Source of the DNA: Octopus sinensis
Taxonomy: Eukaryota
Reading direction: 5' to 3'
DNA length: 64,000 nucleotides
Assembly: GCF_006345805.1 (NCBI RefSeq)
Contig: NC_043024.1
Coordinates: 15,128,001 to 15,192,000 of the forward strand
Made by a program: the position numbers and the translations under genes. Numbering within the stretch: position 1 is the first letter of the stretch; the number at the start of each line of letters is the position of its first letter. Below, piece after piece: positions 1-11,229 of the stretch. The notes below the pieces were generated by a model. That model did not search any database. It had not been told where the DNA came from and saw only the letters and a program-made list of their open reading frames with translations.

Positions 1-54
1 GATTAAATCAAATAGAACCAAAACTGACTAAAACTTCTGACATATTCCATACCT

Positions 55-235
55 ACCAACCAACCAACCAGCTCGCCGACCGACCGACCGACCGACCGAC
101 TGACCGACCAACCGACCGACCGACCGACCGACTGACCGACCGATCATCCGACCGACCGACTGACCAACCGACCGACCGACCGACTGACCAACCGACTGAC
201 CGACCAACTGACCAACCAATTGGGACACACCTAAA
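55..235. repeat. (CCGA/CCAA/CTGA)n tetranucleotide microsatellite
   Basis: Direct 4-nt periodicity accgaccgactgaccgaccaacc; explains the SVGR/SVGQ pseudo-ORF. Confidence 0.9.
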
Positions 236-525
236 TATTCACACCTGCTTAGAAAGTTCTACATACATGAATAAATTCTAAACAATAACATAACCCCAAA
301 TTTAATTAATAAAAATTTCTCCAAAACACCTAACAACCCACCCTAGAACCCAGTTACCACTCCACCAAACCCCACCCACACCCAAGGAGGATTTTTAACT
401 CCACAGAATATATAAATCCAAGATTATCTTCTATGCATCTCAGTCCAAGGATGGCTGACCTGGCTGAAACTTCGAAGTCACAGTCAATGAGATTCTTGCT
501 TAAGAATAGTATATATGGTGAGTAT

Positions 526-935
526 AGGCGCAGGAGTGGCTGTGTGGTAAGTAGCTTGTTTACCAGCCACATGGTTCCGGGTTCAGTCCCACTGCGTGGC
601 ACCTTGGGCAAGTGTCTTCTACTATAGCCTCGGGCCGACCAAAGCCTTGTGAGTGGATTTGGTAGACGGAAACTGAAAAGAAGCCCGTCGTATATATGTA
701 TATATATATATGCGTGTGTGTGTTTGTGTGTCTGTGTTTGTCCCCCTAGCATTGCCTGACAACCGATGCTGGTGTGATTATGTCCCCGTTACTTAGCGGT
801 TCGGCAAAAGAGACCGATAGAATAAGTACTGGGCTTGCAAAAAGAAGTCCCGGGGTCGAGCTGCTCGATTAAAGGCGGTGCTCCAGCATGGCCGCAGTCA
901 AATGACTGAAACAAGTAAAAGAGTAAAGAGTAAGA
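526..935 (+). mobile_element. SINE-A, full-length tRNA-derived SINE
   Basis: Head AGGCGCAGGAGTGGCTGTGTGG (A-box-like) and GGTTCAGTCCC (B-box-like), core CCTTGGGCAAGTGTCTT, internal (TA)n(TG)n linker, 3' tail GACTGAAACAAGTAAAAGAGTAA; ~30 dispersed homologues in the window. Confidence 0.9.
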
Positions 936-939
936 GAGT

Positions 940-1262
940 GTGGAGGCATGTGGCTTAGTGGTTAGGGTAATCAGCACATTATCATAAGGTCACAAGTTCA
1001 ATTCCTGGTGGGGCATTGTGTTCTTGAGCAAGACTCTTTGTTTCATGTTGCTCCAGTCCACTCGGCTGGCAAAAATGAGTGGTACCTGTAACTCAAGAAG
1101 GCCAGCCTTGTCACATTCTGTGTTACATTGGATACTCCTGAGAACTACATTAAGGGTACACATGTCTGTGGAGTACTCAGCCACTGCAAAATAATTTCAT
1201 GAGCTGACTGTTCTGTTGATTGGACCAACTGGAACCCTCATTGTCATAACTGAAGGAGTGTC
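940..1262 (+). mobile_element. SINE-B, tRNA-derived SINE
   Basis: TGGCTTAGTGG A box, AGTTCAATTCC B box, core TTCTTGAGCAAGAC...GTTGCTCCAGTCCACTC; homologous to 13888-14208. Confidence 0.8.
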
Positions 1263-1350
1263 AGTATATGGCGTGTGTGTGTGTGTGTGCGTGCATGTGT
1301 GTATATATACCAGAGTGTAAATTTACATGTATGTGTATATATATATATAT

Positions 1351-1382
<32 letters not shown>

Positions 1383-1487
1383 ATATAGAGCGTAAATGTA
1401 CATGTGTGTATGTTATATGAGTGTGTATATATGTATATGCATATATATATTATATATATATATATATATAAATTATGTATATATGTG

Positions 1488-1524
<37 letters not shown>

Positions 1525-1548
1525 ACAATATAATAAATAAATAAAACA

Positions 1549-1968
1549 TGCATATATACATACATATATGTACATACTTACATCTATATGTATATATACA
1601 TGCATATATATATAAATATGAGTACAGGACACCACAAATAAACATAGAACACAACGAGAAACGAAAACATAAAATCAAACAAGGAAACGGACTTTATTTT
1701 AACAACGAAAAAACAGAGTACAAGACAAACAATACAAGGAATATTCCCCTTCATTAGCTGCCCCTGGTTCGACTCAATGCGCATTGTTTGTCCTGTACTC
1801 TGTTTTTTCGTTGTTAAAAAAAGTCCGTTTCCTTGTTTGATTTTATGTTTTCGTTTCTTGTTGTGTTCTATGTTTATTTGTGGTGTCCTGTACTCATATT
1901 TATATATATATGCATGTATATATATATATATAGATGTAAGTATGTACATATATGTATGTATATATGCA
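1549..1968. repeat. Long inverted repeat (~185-bp arms, ~48-bp spacer) in TA-rich microsatellite
   Basis: 1549-1732 is the near-perfect reverse complement of 1781-1968 (GAGTACAGGACACCACAAATAAAC / GTTTATTTGTGGTGTCCTGTACTC). Confidence 0.85.
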
Positions 1969-1969
1969 T

Positions 1970-2200
1970 ATCATCATCATCATCATCGTTTAACGTCCTT
2001 TTTCCACGCTAGCACGGGTTGGACGGTTTGACCGGGGTCTGGGAAGCCAGGGGCTGCACCAGGCTCCAGTCTGATCTGGCAGTGTTTCTACAGCTGGATG
2101 CCCTTCCTAACGCCAACCACTCCGCGAGTGTAGTGGGTGTTTTTTACGTGCCACCAGCACAGGTGCCAGGGGAGTCTGGCATTGGCCACGATCGGTTGGT
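1970..2200 (-). mobile_element. RTE-LINE 3' tail fragment
   Basis: Same sequence as the 3' end of the RT-bearing LINE at 34290; (GAT)n tail. Confidence 0.8.
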
Positions 2201-2399
2201 GCTTTTATTTATTTATTATATTGTTATTATATGACCGAGCGCACGAGTTGTTTCTCTTCTCCAAGTAAGTTTTTATTTATTGGTTTCTGAATTACAACTA
2301 TTTAGTGGTTTGAGTTTAGCTGCTCTTTCTAGTGGGTCGAATGGCCTATCAAGGCCATTCTTTAATATTGTTGAATATATATATATATATATATATATA

Positions 2400-2830
2400 C
2401 ACCATTCAAGCGGGATCGTTACCAGCGTCGCCTTACTGGCACTTGTGCCTCGAGCTAGTGGGGTGCTAAGAGCACCATCTGAGCATGATCGTTGCCAGAG
2501 CGGTTTGCTGGCTGCTGTGCTGGTGGCACGTAAAAGGCACCATTCGAGCATGGGCGTTACTAGTGTTGCCTCACTGGCATGTGAAAAAACATTTGAGTGA
2601 GGTCGTTGCCAGTACCACCTGACTGGCCCCCATGCCGGTGGCACGTAAAAGCACCCACTACACTCTCAGTGTGGTTTGCGTTAGGAAGGGTATGCAGCTG
2701 TAGAAACTCTGCCGGATTAAGATTGGAGCCTGGTGCAGCCATCTTGTTCGCCAGTCCTAAGTCAAACCGTCCAACCCATGCTAGCATGGAAAGTGGACGT
2801 TAAACAATGATGATGATGATGATGATGATG
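2400..2830 (+). mobile_element. RTE-LINE 3' tail fragment
   Basis: GTGGTTTGCGTTAGGAAGGG...CCGTCCAACCCATGCTAGCATGG...(GAT)n. Confidence 0.8.
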
Positions 2831-2843
2831 ATATATATATATG

Positions 2844-2895
<52 letters not shown>

Positions 2896-3752
2896 TACAT
2901 ACATGTGTATATATACACATAAATAAATATACACAATATGTATATACATGCATATGCATTCACACACATAAATACACATATACATACATGTTTGTTTGTA
3001 AAGAAAGTAGTTTCAATGATAGATAAAATATTTATAGGACTTCAATAGAGTGAAAAGAAATTCTACTATATTTGGTTTGATCAGAATGAATGATATTTTA
3101 TAGATTCTCAATGCATTTCATTTGTTATTACCATTCTCTCTCATATTCTATAGCTTTTCCGGTTTGGATATAACATTCAAAATATAAATCTTAGGAAAAT
3201 CATTAGAAAATATATCCATCACTTATGCACACATGCATCCATTTACACACACAAACAAACAAGCACTCTCACAAACTAAAATCTGTTTATTTATTTTAAA
3301 ATGATGAGAAGATTTTCCAACCATTCTTTATTTTGGAAAAATATTTATATATTCTAAATATTGCTTTTAATTCAGCTGGAGATCTTTGTGAATTGAGGGT
3401 TTTAAAGAAAACATTTTAAACAACAATGAAATGAATTTTCTTTAAGAATTATCAACAACGTTCTGTACAGTCATGAAATATTTAGATTCACACATCATAC
3501 ATATTTATTTTGTTTAGTCATTCACATATACATTTGTATATCCTCATTGATATATATTTGCATATATATACATACACACACATATATTATCCAAAGTGTA
3601 CAATGCTATATATCAATCATGGCTGATCTTATCAATTGGTTTCGTGCTAGGGGTACAACAGAATGTAAGGTAAGAATCCGATTATATAACCCTATGCTCA
3701 TCAGAAGTGGCCAATATGGAATGAAATATGGTAACTGCATCTTTTTCCTAAA

Positions 3753-3837
<85 letters not shown>

Positions 3838-4109
3838 ATATATATATATATATATATATATCGAGCCTACGCTCTTCTACAGAAAGGGACACAGAAAAAA
3901 CAACGAGAGAAAAAAATGTGTGTAGTGGCTAACGATCTATCGTGGCGACTAGTGCCGGACAGAAGAGTCAAACACGAGGAGGAAAGTAGGGGAGATGGAA
4001 ACTGAAAGAAGCCCATCGTATATATATATATATATGTGTGTGTGTGTGGTGTGTATATATGTGTATATGTTTGTGTGTCTGTTTGTCCCCACAACATCGC
4101 TAGACAACT

Positions 4110-4692
4110 GATACTTCAGCTTCAATTCCCACCATCCATACAGTATAAAGAGAAGGACTGCTCAGTGCTTAAAACACTGGGCAAAGAAGATAAGTAGTGA
4201 TCCTGATACATACCGTGAAGAAATGATCAAGCTAAGTAACAATCTATTAAGCAGAAACTACCCCAAAAACATACTTTCCACTCCAATTTAGAAGAGGAGA
4301 GAGGATGAAACTCATAAACTGACCACAGTATGTGTACCCTATGTGAAAGGCCTCTCAGAAAAGTTACAAAAGATATGTGGTCCATATGACATCAGGACAG
4401 TATTCAAGAGTAATACAACACTTCGCAAATATCTCCGAGTAAAACCACCAAGAGAAGAGAATTTGACCAAAGACTGCGTGTACTTCATCCCATGCAGTTG
4501 TGGTAGGTTATACAAAGGCGAAACATGCCACCCCTTCAAAATAAGGTTAGAGGAACATTGTAAAGCTGTGATACGAGGGGATATTGAAAATTCAGGTATA
4601 GCCAATCATGTATGGAAAAATGGACCCCACCCTTGTGGGATGAAGTTAAAATAATAGACAGAGAAAATACAAAAACTAAAAGAGGCAGCTTG
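4110..4692 (+). pseudogene. Penelope-like element relic: RT thumb plus GIY-YIG endonuclease
   Basis: Frameshifted translation FNSHHPYSIKRR...VPYVKGLSEKLQKI...CVYFIPCSCGRLYKGETCHPFKIRLEEHCKAV...SGIANHVW matches the PLE VYxIxCxCxxxYIGET..R..EH pattern. Confidence 0.8.
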
Positions 4693-4754
4693 ACCAAAGT
4701 GCCATGCAGTGGGACTGAACCTGGAACCATGTAGCTGGAAGGAAGCTTCTTATT

Positions 4755-4985
4755 TCTTTACTGCCCACAAGGGGCTACACACAGGGGACAAACAAGGACA
4801 GACGAATGGATTAAGTCGATTATATCGATCCCAGTGTGTAACTGGTACTTACTTAATCAACCCCGAAAGGATGAAAGGCAAAGTCAACCTCGGCGGAATT
4901 TGAACTCAGAATGTAATGGCAGATGAAATACTGCTAAGCATTTCGCCTGGCTTGCTAACGTTTCTGCCAGCTTGCCGCCTTACAA
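4755..4985 (-). mobile_element. SINE-C
   Basis: Reverse complement of AAGGCGGCGAGCTGGCAG...GAGTTCAAATTCC...TTTGCCTTTCATCCTTTCGGGGT...; 8 or more copies in the window. Confidence 0.8.
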
Positions 4986-5219
4986 GATTAATGACCTTGT
5001 AGCCGAAGACAGAACACATTTGATGTAGCCCAGGTAGTTATGATAAACATTCTACTAATGCCATCACATGCAACTGGAAGCAAACTTCTTACCACACAGC
5101 CACACCTGTACCTTCATTTGTTGTAAACAAATTCTTTACTAATCATGATGATCACTGTCTTGATGATGATCATCATCATGTCCATCAACATCATTTATCG
5201 TCTGTTTTCTATACTCGTA

Positions 5220-5452
5220 TAAGGCGGCGAGCTGGCAGACACGTTAGCAAGCCAGGCGAAATGCTTAGCGGTATTTCGTCTGTCGTTACGTTCTGAGTTC
5301 AAATTCCGCCGAGGTCAACTTTGCCTTTCATCCTTTCGGAGTCAATAAATAAAGTACCAGTTTCGCACTGGGGTCGATATAATCGACTCAATCCCTCCGT
5401 CTGTCCTTGTTTGTCCCCTCTATGTTTAGCCCCTTCTGGGCAGTAAAGAAAT
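5220..5452 (+). mobile_element. SINE-C, full length
   Basis: AAGGCGGCGAGCTGGCAGACACGTTAGC head, B-box-like GAGTTCAAATTCC, tail GGGCAGTAAAGAAATA. Confidence 0.85.
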
Positions 5453-6145
5453 ACATACTGGTATGGGACGGACATCTTGACAGAAGCTGGCAAGGCTAGG
5501 GGCCACACCAGACTCCATTGTCTGTTCTGGTAGGTTTCTACAGCTGAATGCCCTTCCTCATTAATGCCAACCACTCTACAGAATGTGCTGGGTACTTTCT
5601 ATGTGACACCATCAACAATGCTTTTTGCATGGCACCATTACTAAATTCAGAAAAATCTATATTTTTATATCAGTCACCCTAATTCATTGTAATTGGCTAT
5701 TCAAAGTCTGTCAGTGAGACTGTTCCTCCTGGGACCTCACGATTTCCACCCAGACCTCTTAACCTCTCAGCTATGCTTGATTCTGCCAGAAACTGTCAGT
5801 AACATATTTCTGAGCAGGTGTAATGTTGATTAGATCAATGTCTATTGTAGAATTATCTTTATCAAACCTCTCTCTTGGGTGAATGAAACCTAAAGCTGAC
5901 CTCAACAATATATTTCAATCCAGAACACAAAGGGATGCAGATATAAATAACACAAGGCATTTTTATCAGACACTTCACTCATTCTATTGCATGAAGAATG
6001 ATTTAAGATTGTTGATGTGGAAGATAATCATTTTTACAGAGCACTAATAATTTTGGTTAGCCATTCTAAATTAATGTAATTAAGTACCTTTTGTACTGAA
6101 ATAGTCTTCTTGGAGCAGCTGTTCTTTATCTCTCATTCCCTTAGC

Positions 6146-6428
6146 TTAACCCCTTTTGTTCTCTTCTTCTATTTCAACATTACCATTTCTCTTTTGCTTA
6201 GTGTAACCCTTTTGATATCAACCCTTGCCAAAACTGCTTTGGCTCTATACTTCAAACCTGTTTTCGCATGTTCTAAATCAAAATCTGTCATCAAAATTCC
6301 ACTTCAATTTATATTCCAAACATCAGCTTCATAAAGACAAAGCTGTTTTAATAGATTCTTCATTGTGTTCAAAATCATTTGAAGCAAAGGTAATGTATTT
6401 CAGCAGAAATATGCCAACAAAAGGGTTA
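6146..6428. mobile_element. piggyBac-like MITE
   Basis: TTAA-CCCCTTTTG ... CAAAAGGG-TTAA termini. Confidence 0.5.
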
Positions 6429-6562
6429 ATAATGGTTCCAAATTTTGGCAAAAGGCCAGTGATTCTAGGGAAGGGAGTAAGTTGTCTGCAATGACCCCAG
6501 TGTTCAACTGGTATTTATTTTGTTGACTCCAAAAGTGGAAGACACTTGCCCAAGGTGCCACA

Positions 6563-6910
6563 CACCTTGGGCAAGTGTCTTCCACTATAGCCTCGGCCCG
6601 ACCAAAGCCTTGTGAGTGGATTTGGTAGACAGAAACTGAAAGAAGCCTGTCGTATAATTATATATATATATATAAATATGTATGTATGTATGTGTGTATA
6701 TATGTTTGTGTGTCTGTGTTTGTCCACCCAACATCACTTGACAACCGATGCTGGTGTGTTTACATCCCCATAATTTAGTGGTTCGGCAAAAGAGACCGAT
6801 AGAATAAGTACTAGGTTTACAAAGAATAAGTCCTGGGGTCGATTTGCTCGACTAAACACGGTGCTCCAGCATGGCTGCAGTCAAATGATTGAAACAAGTA
6901 AAAGAGTAAA
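6563..6910 (+). mobile_element. SINE-A, 5'-truncated with fold-back inversion
   Basis: SINE-A core and tail; preceded by an inverted copy of its own first 24 nt. Confidence 0.85.
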
Positions 6911-7269
6911 GGAGTATATGTGTGTGCATGTATGTGTGTCTGTGTCTGTGATTGTCCCCCACTACTGCTTGACAACTGGTGTGTGTGTGTTTGTGACCCC
7001 CATAACTTAGCAGTTTCATGAAAGAGGATGATAGAATAAGTACTAAGCTTATAAAAGATATGTACTAGGGGTCAATTCATTTGACTAAAAAAGTGAAGAA
7101 AGACATTTTCTGGGGTGAGTTCATTCGGCCACAGTCTAATGACTGAAACAGGTAAAAAATACGAGATGAAATATTTTACTGTGGCCGTGCTGGAGCACTG
7201 CTATTTTTAGCAAGCCAAATAACTACATAGATACAGTTCTATATTTAAGAATATCCGTCGAATATAAAT

Positions 7270-8420
7270 AATGTAAATAATGACCATATAGATGTTCCCA
7301 GACCGGGCAGTGCATTGCGTTCTTGAGCAAAATACTTCATTCCATGTTGCTCCAGTCCATTCAACCACTACTCATCTGTAAATGAATGACCCCTGCCATG
7401 GACTGGCATCCTGTTGAGGGTGGAATGTTGTGATCTGGGTCACTTATCTGCCATGAAAACCGGACCCTATGAGTTCTAGGACTCGACACAGTAATGTACA
7501 GGGGTTGGTAATGATGTTTCTTTTGCTGCTATTTTTAGCAGTCTGAATGACCACATAGCTGTTCCTGTGTCAGGCAGCGCATTGCATTCTTGAGCAAAAC
7601 ACTTCATTTCATGTTGCTCCAGTTCCCTCAGCTGGCAAGACGAGTAACCCTGCAAGAGACCAGTGCTCCATATAAGGAGGAATGTTGCAATCACCATGGA
7701 AACCAGTCCTATACTTCCTCGAACTCAGATAATTTTTGCTGCTATTTCTAGCAGTCCGAATCACCACATAAATGTTCCTAGAGTGGGCAGTACATTGTGT
7801 TCTTGAGCAAAACACTTCATTTCATGTTGCTCCAGTCCACTCAGCTGGCAAATATGAATAACCCTGCAAGGGACCAGTGTTCCATTCAGGGAGGAATATT
7901 GCAATCTCAATCCCTCAATCACCATGGAAACAGAGTAACCGGTCTTACACTTCCTCGAACTCAGATAAATTTTGCTGCTATTTCTAGTAGTCCGAATGAC
8001 CACATAAATGTTCCTAGAGTACATTGTGTTCTTGAGCAAAACACTTCATTTCATGTTGCTCCAGTCCACTCAGCTGGCAAAAATGAGTAAACTCTGCAAG
8101 GGACCAGTGTTCCATTGAGGGAGGAATATTGCAATCTCAATCCCTCAATCACCATGGAAACTGAGTCCTACACTTTCACGAACTCAGATAATTTTTGCTG
8201 CTATTTCTAGCAATCCGAATGACCACATAGAGGTTCCCAAACCGGGCAGTGCATTGCAGTCTTGAGCAAAACACTTTATTTCACGTTACTCCAGTTCATT
8301 CAGCTCTACATATGTTATCCCGCAATTGACTGGTATCCCATTCAGAGAGAAATCCTGTGATCTCAGTCACTCAATCACCATGGAAACTAAGCAGCTGGTC
8401 TTATGAACCTTCGGAGTCAG
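7270..8420 (+). repeat. Tandem array of five ~213-268-bp units built from the SINE-B core
   Basis: GAATGACCACATA...TTCTTGAGCAAAACAC...GTTGCTCCAGTCC...CACCATGGAAAC recurs near 7277, 7545, 7758, 7994, 8217. Confidence 0.85.
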
Positions 8421-8639
8421 AACAGTAATGTAAAATAGCTTTACATCAGCAATCATTTCTCTGGCATAATGCAGTCGTATCTAATAACATCTTCGAGGAT
8501 TCCCGTCTTTATTAACAATGATGTTTCATGTTTGAATTATTTGGACAATATTTTCCATTATTTAGACAATAAGGTGTTTATTTTATAGGATCTGACAGGA
8601 CTGTGTTGAAGTAGCCATATTGGATACAAACAGGATTTC

Positions 8640-8745
8640 ATTGTGTGTGTGTGTGTGTGTATGAATGGGCATGTGTGTGTGTATGTGTATGTGAGGGAGA
8701 AAGAGACTGTGTGTGACTGTGTGAGAGAGAGATGCTGTGTGACTC

Positions 8746-8795
<50 letters not shown>

Positions 8796-9200
8796 CACTG
8801 TGAGTCTTTGTATGTGTGTATGTGTGTGTGTGTGACTGTGCATGTATGTGACTGCATGTGTGTGTGTGACTGAGTGTGTATGTGACTGAGTGTGTGTGTG
8901 TGACTGAGTGTGTGTGTGACTGCATGTATGTGCATGTGAGCATGTGCACATGCGTGTGTGTGTGACTGTGTTTGCATGTATGTGCATGTGTGTGTGTGTG
9001 TGTGTGCGTGCGACTATCTCTCTCTCTGTTACTGTGTGTGTTTGCATGTATGTGCATGTGTGTGTATGCATGTTATCTGTGTATGAGACTCTCACTCTCT
9101 GTGACAGTTTGTATGTATGTGCATGTGTGTGTATGTGTGTGTGTGTGTCTGTGACTCACTCTTTGTGACAGTGTGTGTTTCCATATGTGTGTATGATATG
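8640..9200. repeat. Compound (TG)n/(AG)n microsatellite
   Basis: Direct inspection. Confidence 0.9.
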
Positions 9201-9314
9201 ACTGCAACCTCAGGGAATTTGAAACTCTTCCCATTCCCTTCTCTCCATCATGAGTCCCCCACTATCCTCACTTCTCTCTCTCTCTCTTACCTACATTACA
9301 TCTAAAAGCACACA

Positions 9315-9345
<31 letters not shown>

Positions 9346-9434
9346 CATGCAAGCATTACATTTATTTTACATTTTTGTTGTTTTTATTTATTCTGTTGGA
9401 ATCTTCATCTTGGGATAAGTTTCATAAGCACTTT

Positions 9435-9800
9435 TATCGCCACCATCACCATGACAACGATGACGACGACAGTGACCAAGACCACCACCACCTCCACCAC
9501 TACCACCACTACCACCACCACCACCACCACCAACACTGCCACCACCACCACCACCACCACCATTGCCTCCACCACCACCACCACCACCACTGCCTCCACC
9601 ACCACCTCCACTACCTCCACCACCACCACCACCACCACCACCACCTCCACCACCACCACCATTGCCTCCACCACCACCACCACCACTGCCTCCACCACCA
9701 CCACCACTGCCTCCACCACCACCACCACCGCCACTGCCTCCACCACCACCGCCGCCGCCGCCGCCGCCACCACCACCACTACCATCACCACCAACACTGC
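9435..9800. repeat. (CCA)n/(CCG)n trinucleotide array
   Basis: Direct inspection; source of the poly-T/H/P pseudo-ORFs. Confidence 0.9.
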
Positions 9801-10011
9801 CACATATTATAATGAACTAGACTGGGTGGGCAGTGCATTGTTCTTAAGCAAGATACTTTCTTTTATGTTGCTCCCTCCCCCCTTTCAATCAGTGGGGAAT
9901 GTTGGCCGGTTCACCTAGCCAGCAGGGTGGTGTCTTTTGTAGACTAAAATGATGCAAAGTGCATTGTGACAAGCGATGTGTAACAACATCTGATAGTCTG
10001 GTCAATCACAT

Positions 10012-10469
10012 ACTCTTTTACTCTTTTACTCTTTTACTTGTTTCAGTCATTTGACTGCGGCCATGCTGGAGCACCGCCTTTAATCAAGTAACTCGACCTC
10101 AGGACTTATTCTTTTGTAAGCCCAGTACTTATTCTATTGGTCTCTTTTTGCCGAACCGCTAAGTAATGGGGACATAAACACACCAGCATCAGTTGTCAAG
10201 CAATGCTAGGGGGACAAACACAGACACACAAACACACACACGCATATATATATATAATATATATATATATTATATATATATATTATATATATACATACAT
10301 ATATATGATGGGCTTCTTTCAGTTTCCGTCTACCAAATCCACTCACAAGGCTTTGGTCGGCCCGAGGCTATAGTAGAAGACACTTGCCCAAGGTGCCACG
10401 CAATGGGACTGAACCCGGAACCATGTGGTTGGTAAACAAGCTACTTACCACACAACCACTCCTGCGTCT
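10012..10469 (-). mobile_element. SINE-A, full length
   Basis: Complete reverse-complement match to 526-935. Confidence 0.9.
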
Positions 10470-10789
10470 ATGATCACATTACATATATATATATGTGTGT
10501 GTGTTATTATTTCCTTGCTTTGGTGTTACATGATCGTTGTAAACAAGTGTCACTGTTGTGTAAGCAGTGTTCATCATTTCTTGAAAGCATGTCTAGCCAT
10601 GGGAAAATATTTCCTTGCTTGAAAACAGGTGAGGATGAACAACACAAGGGCACCTGGCTGTAGGTAATCTACTTCAGCAAATTCTCTCCAACCCATGTAA
10701 GCATAGAAAAGTGAACATTAAATGATAACGATGAAGAGTTCAAAGAATGGATTGAGCATTCCTCTAAGGACCTCACCACTACTGTCTGT

Positions 10790-10980
10790 TATGATATGAT
10801 CTGGGGTTACCCAATGTTGTATTCTGGGTTATGTGAATCTCATTTAGGAAGCTTGCAGATTCTGGTAGAGTTCGCATCAAACCAACTTTTGGTGTTCTTG
10901 TGTCTTGAATTCTATGGTTTCAGCATTAGCAGCATCATAGAGTGTGGTGCTTAACACTTTTGATAGAAACCTGCCTGAGA
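10790..10980 (-). pseudogene. LINE (RTE-like) ORF fragment between endonuclease and RT
   Basis: Frameshifted translation TLYDAANAETIEFKTQEHQ/SWFDANSTRICKL resembles the RTE HQxWFDEN region. Confidence 0.45.
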
Positions 10981-10984
10981 CTGC

Positions 10985-11218
10985 CTCTGGCGAGCTGGCA
11001 GAAACGTTAGCACGCTGGGTGAAACACCTAGCGGTAATTTCGTCTGCCATTACGTTCTGAGTTCAAATTCCGCCGGGGTCGACTTTGCCTTTCATCCTTT
11101 CGGGATCGATAAATTAAGTACCAGTTACGCACTGGGGTCGATGTAATTGATTTAATCCGTTTGTCTGTCCTTGTTTGTTCCCTCTATGTTTAGCCCCTTG
11201 TGGGCAATAAACAAATAA
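10985..11218 (+). mobile_element. SINE-C
   Basis: Homologous to 5220-5452. Confidence 0.85.
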
Positions 11219-11229
11219 GAATGGGTAAT

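Noticed and set aside
354-977. Recurrent peptides such as LPNPLTRLWSARGYSRRHLPKVP and DCGHAGAPPL in many ORFs
   Set aside because: Antisense or sense translation of non-coding SINE-A, not a gene family
1733-1780. CTAATGAAGGGG on the minus strand resembling a hammerhead core
   Set aside because: No GAAA and no stems I/III can be formed
9250-9918. Long Thr/His/Pro/Val-rich ORFs (mucin- or extensin-like)
   Set aside because: All frames are translations of a (CCA)n microsatellite; no domain or splice support
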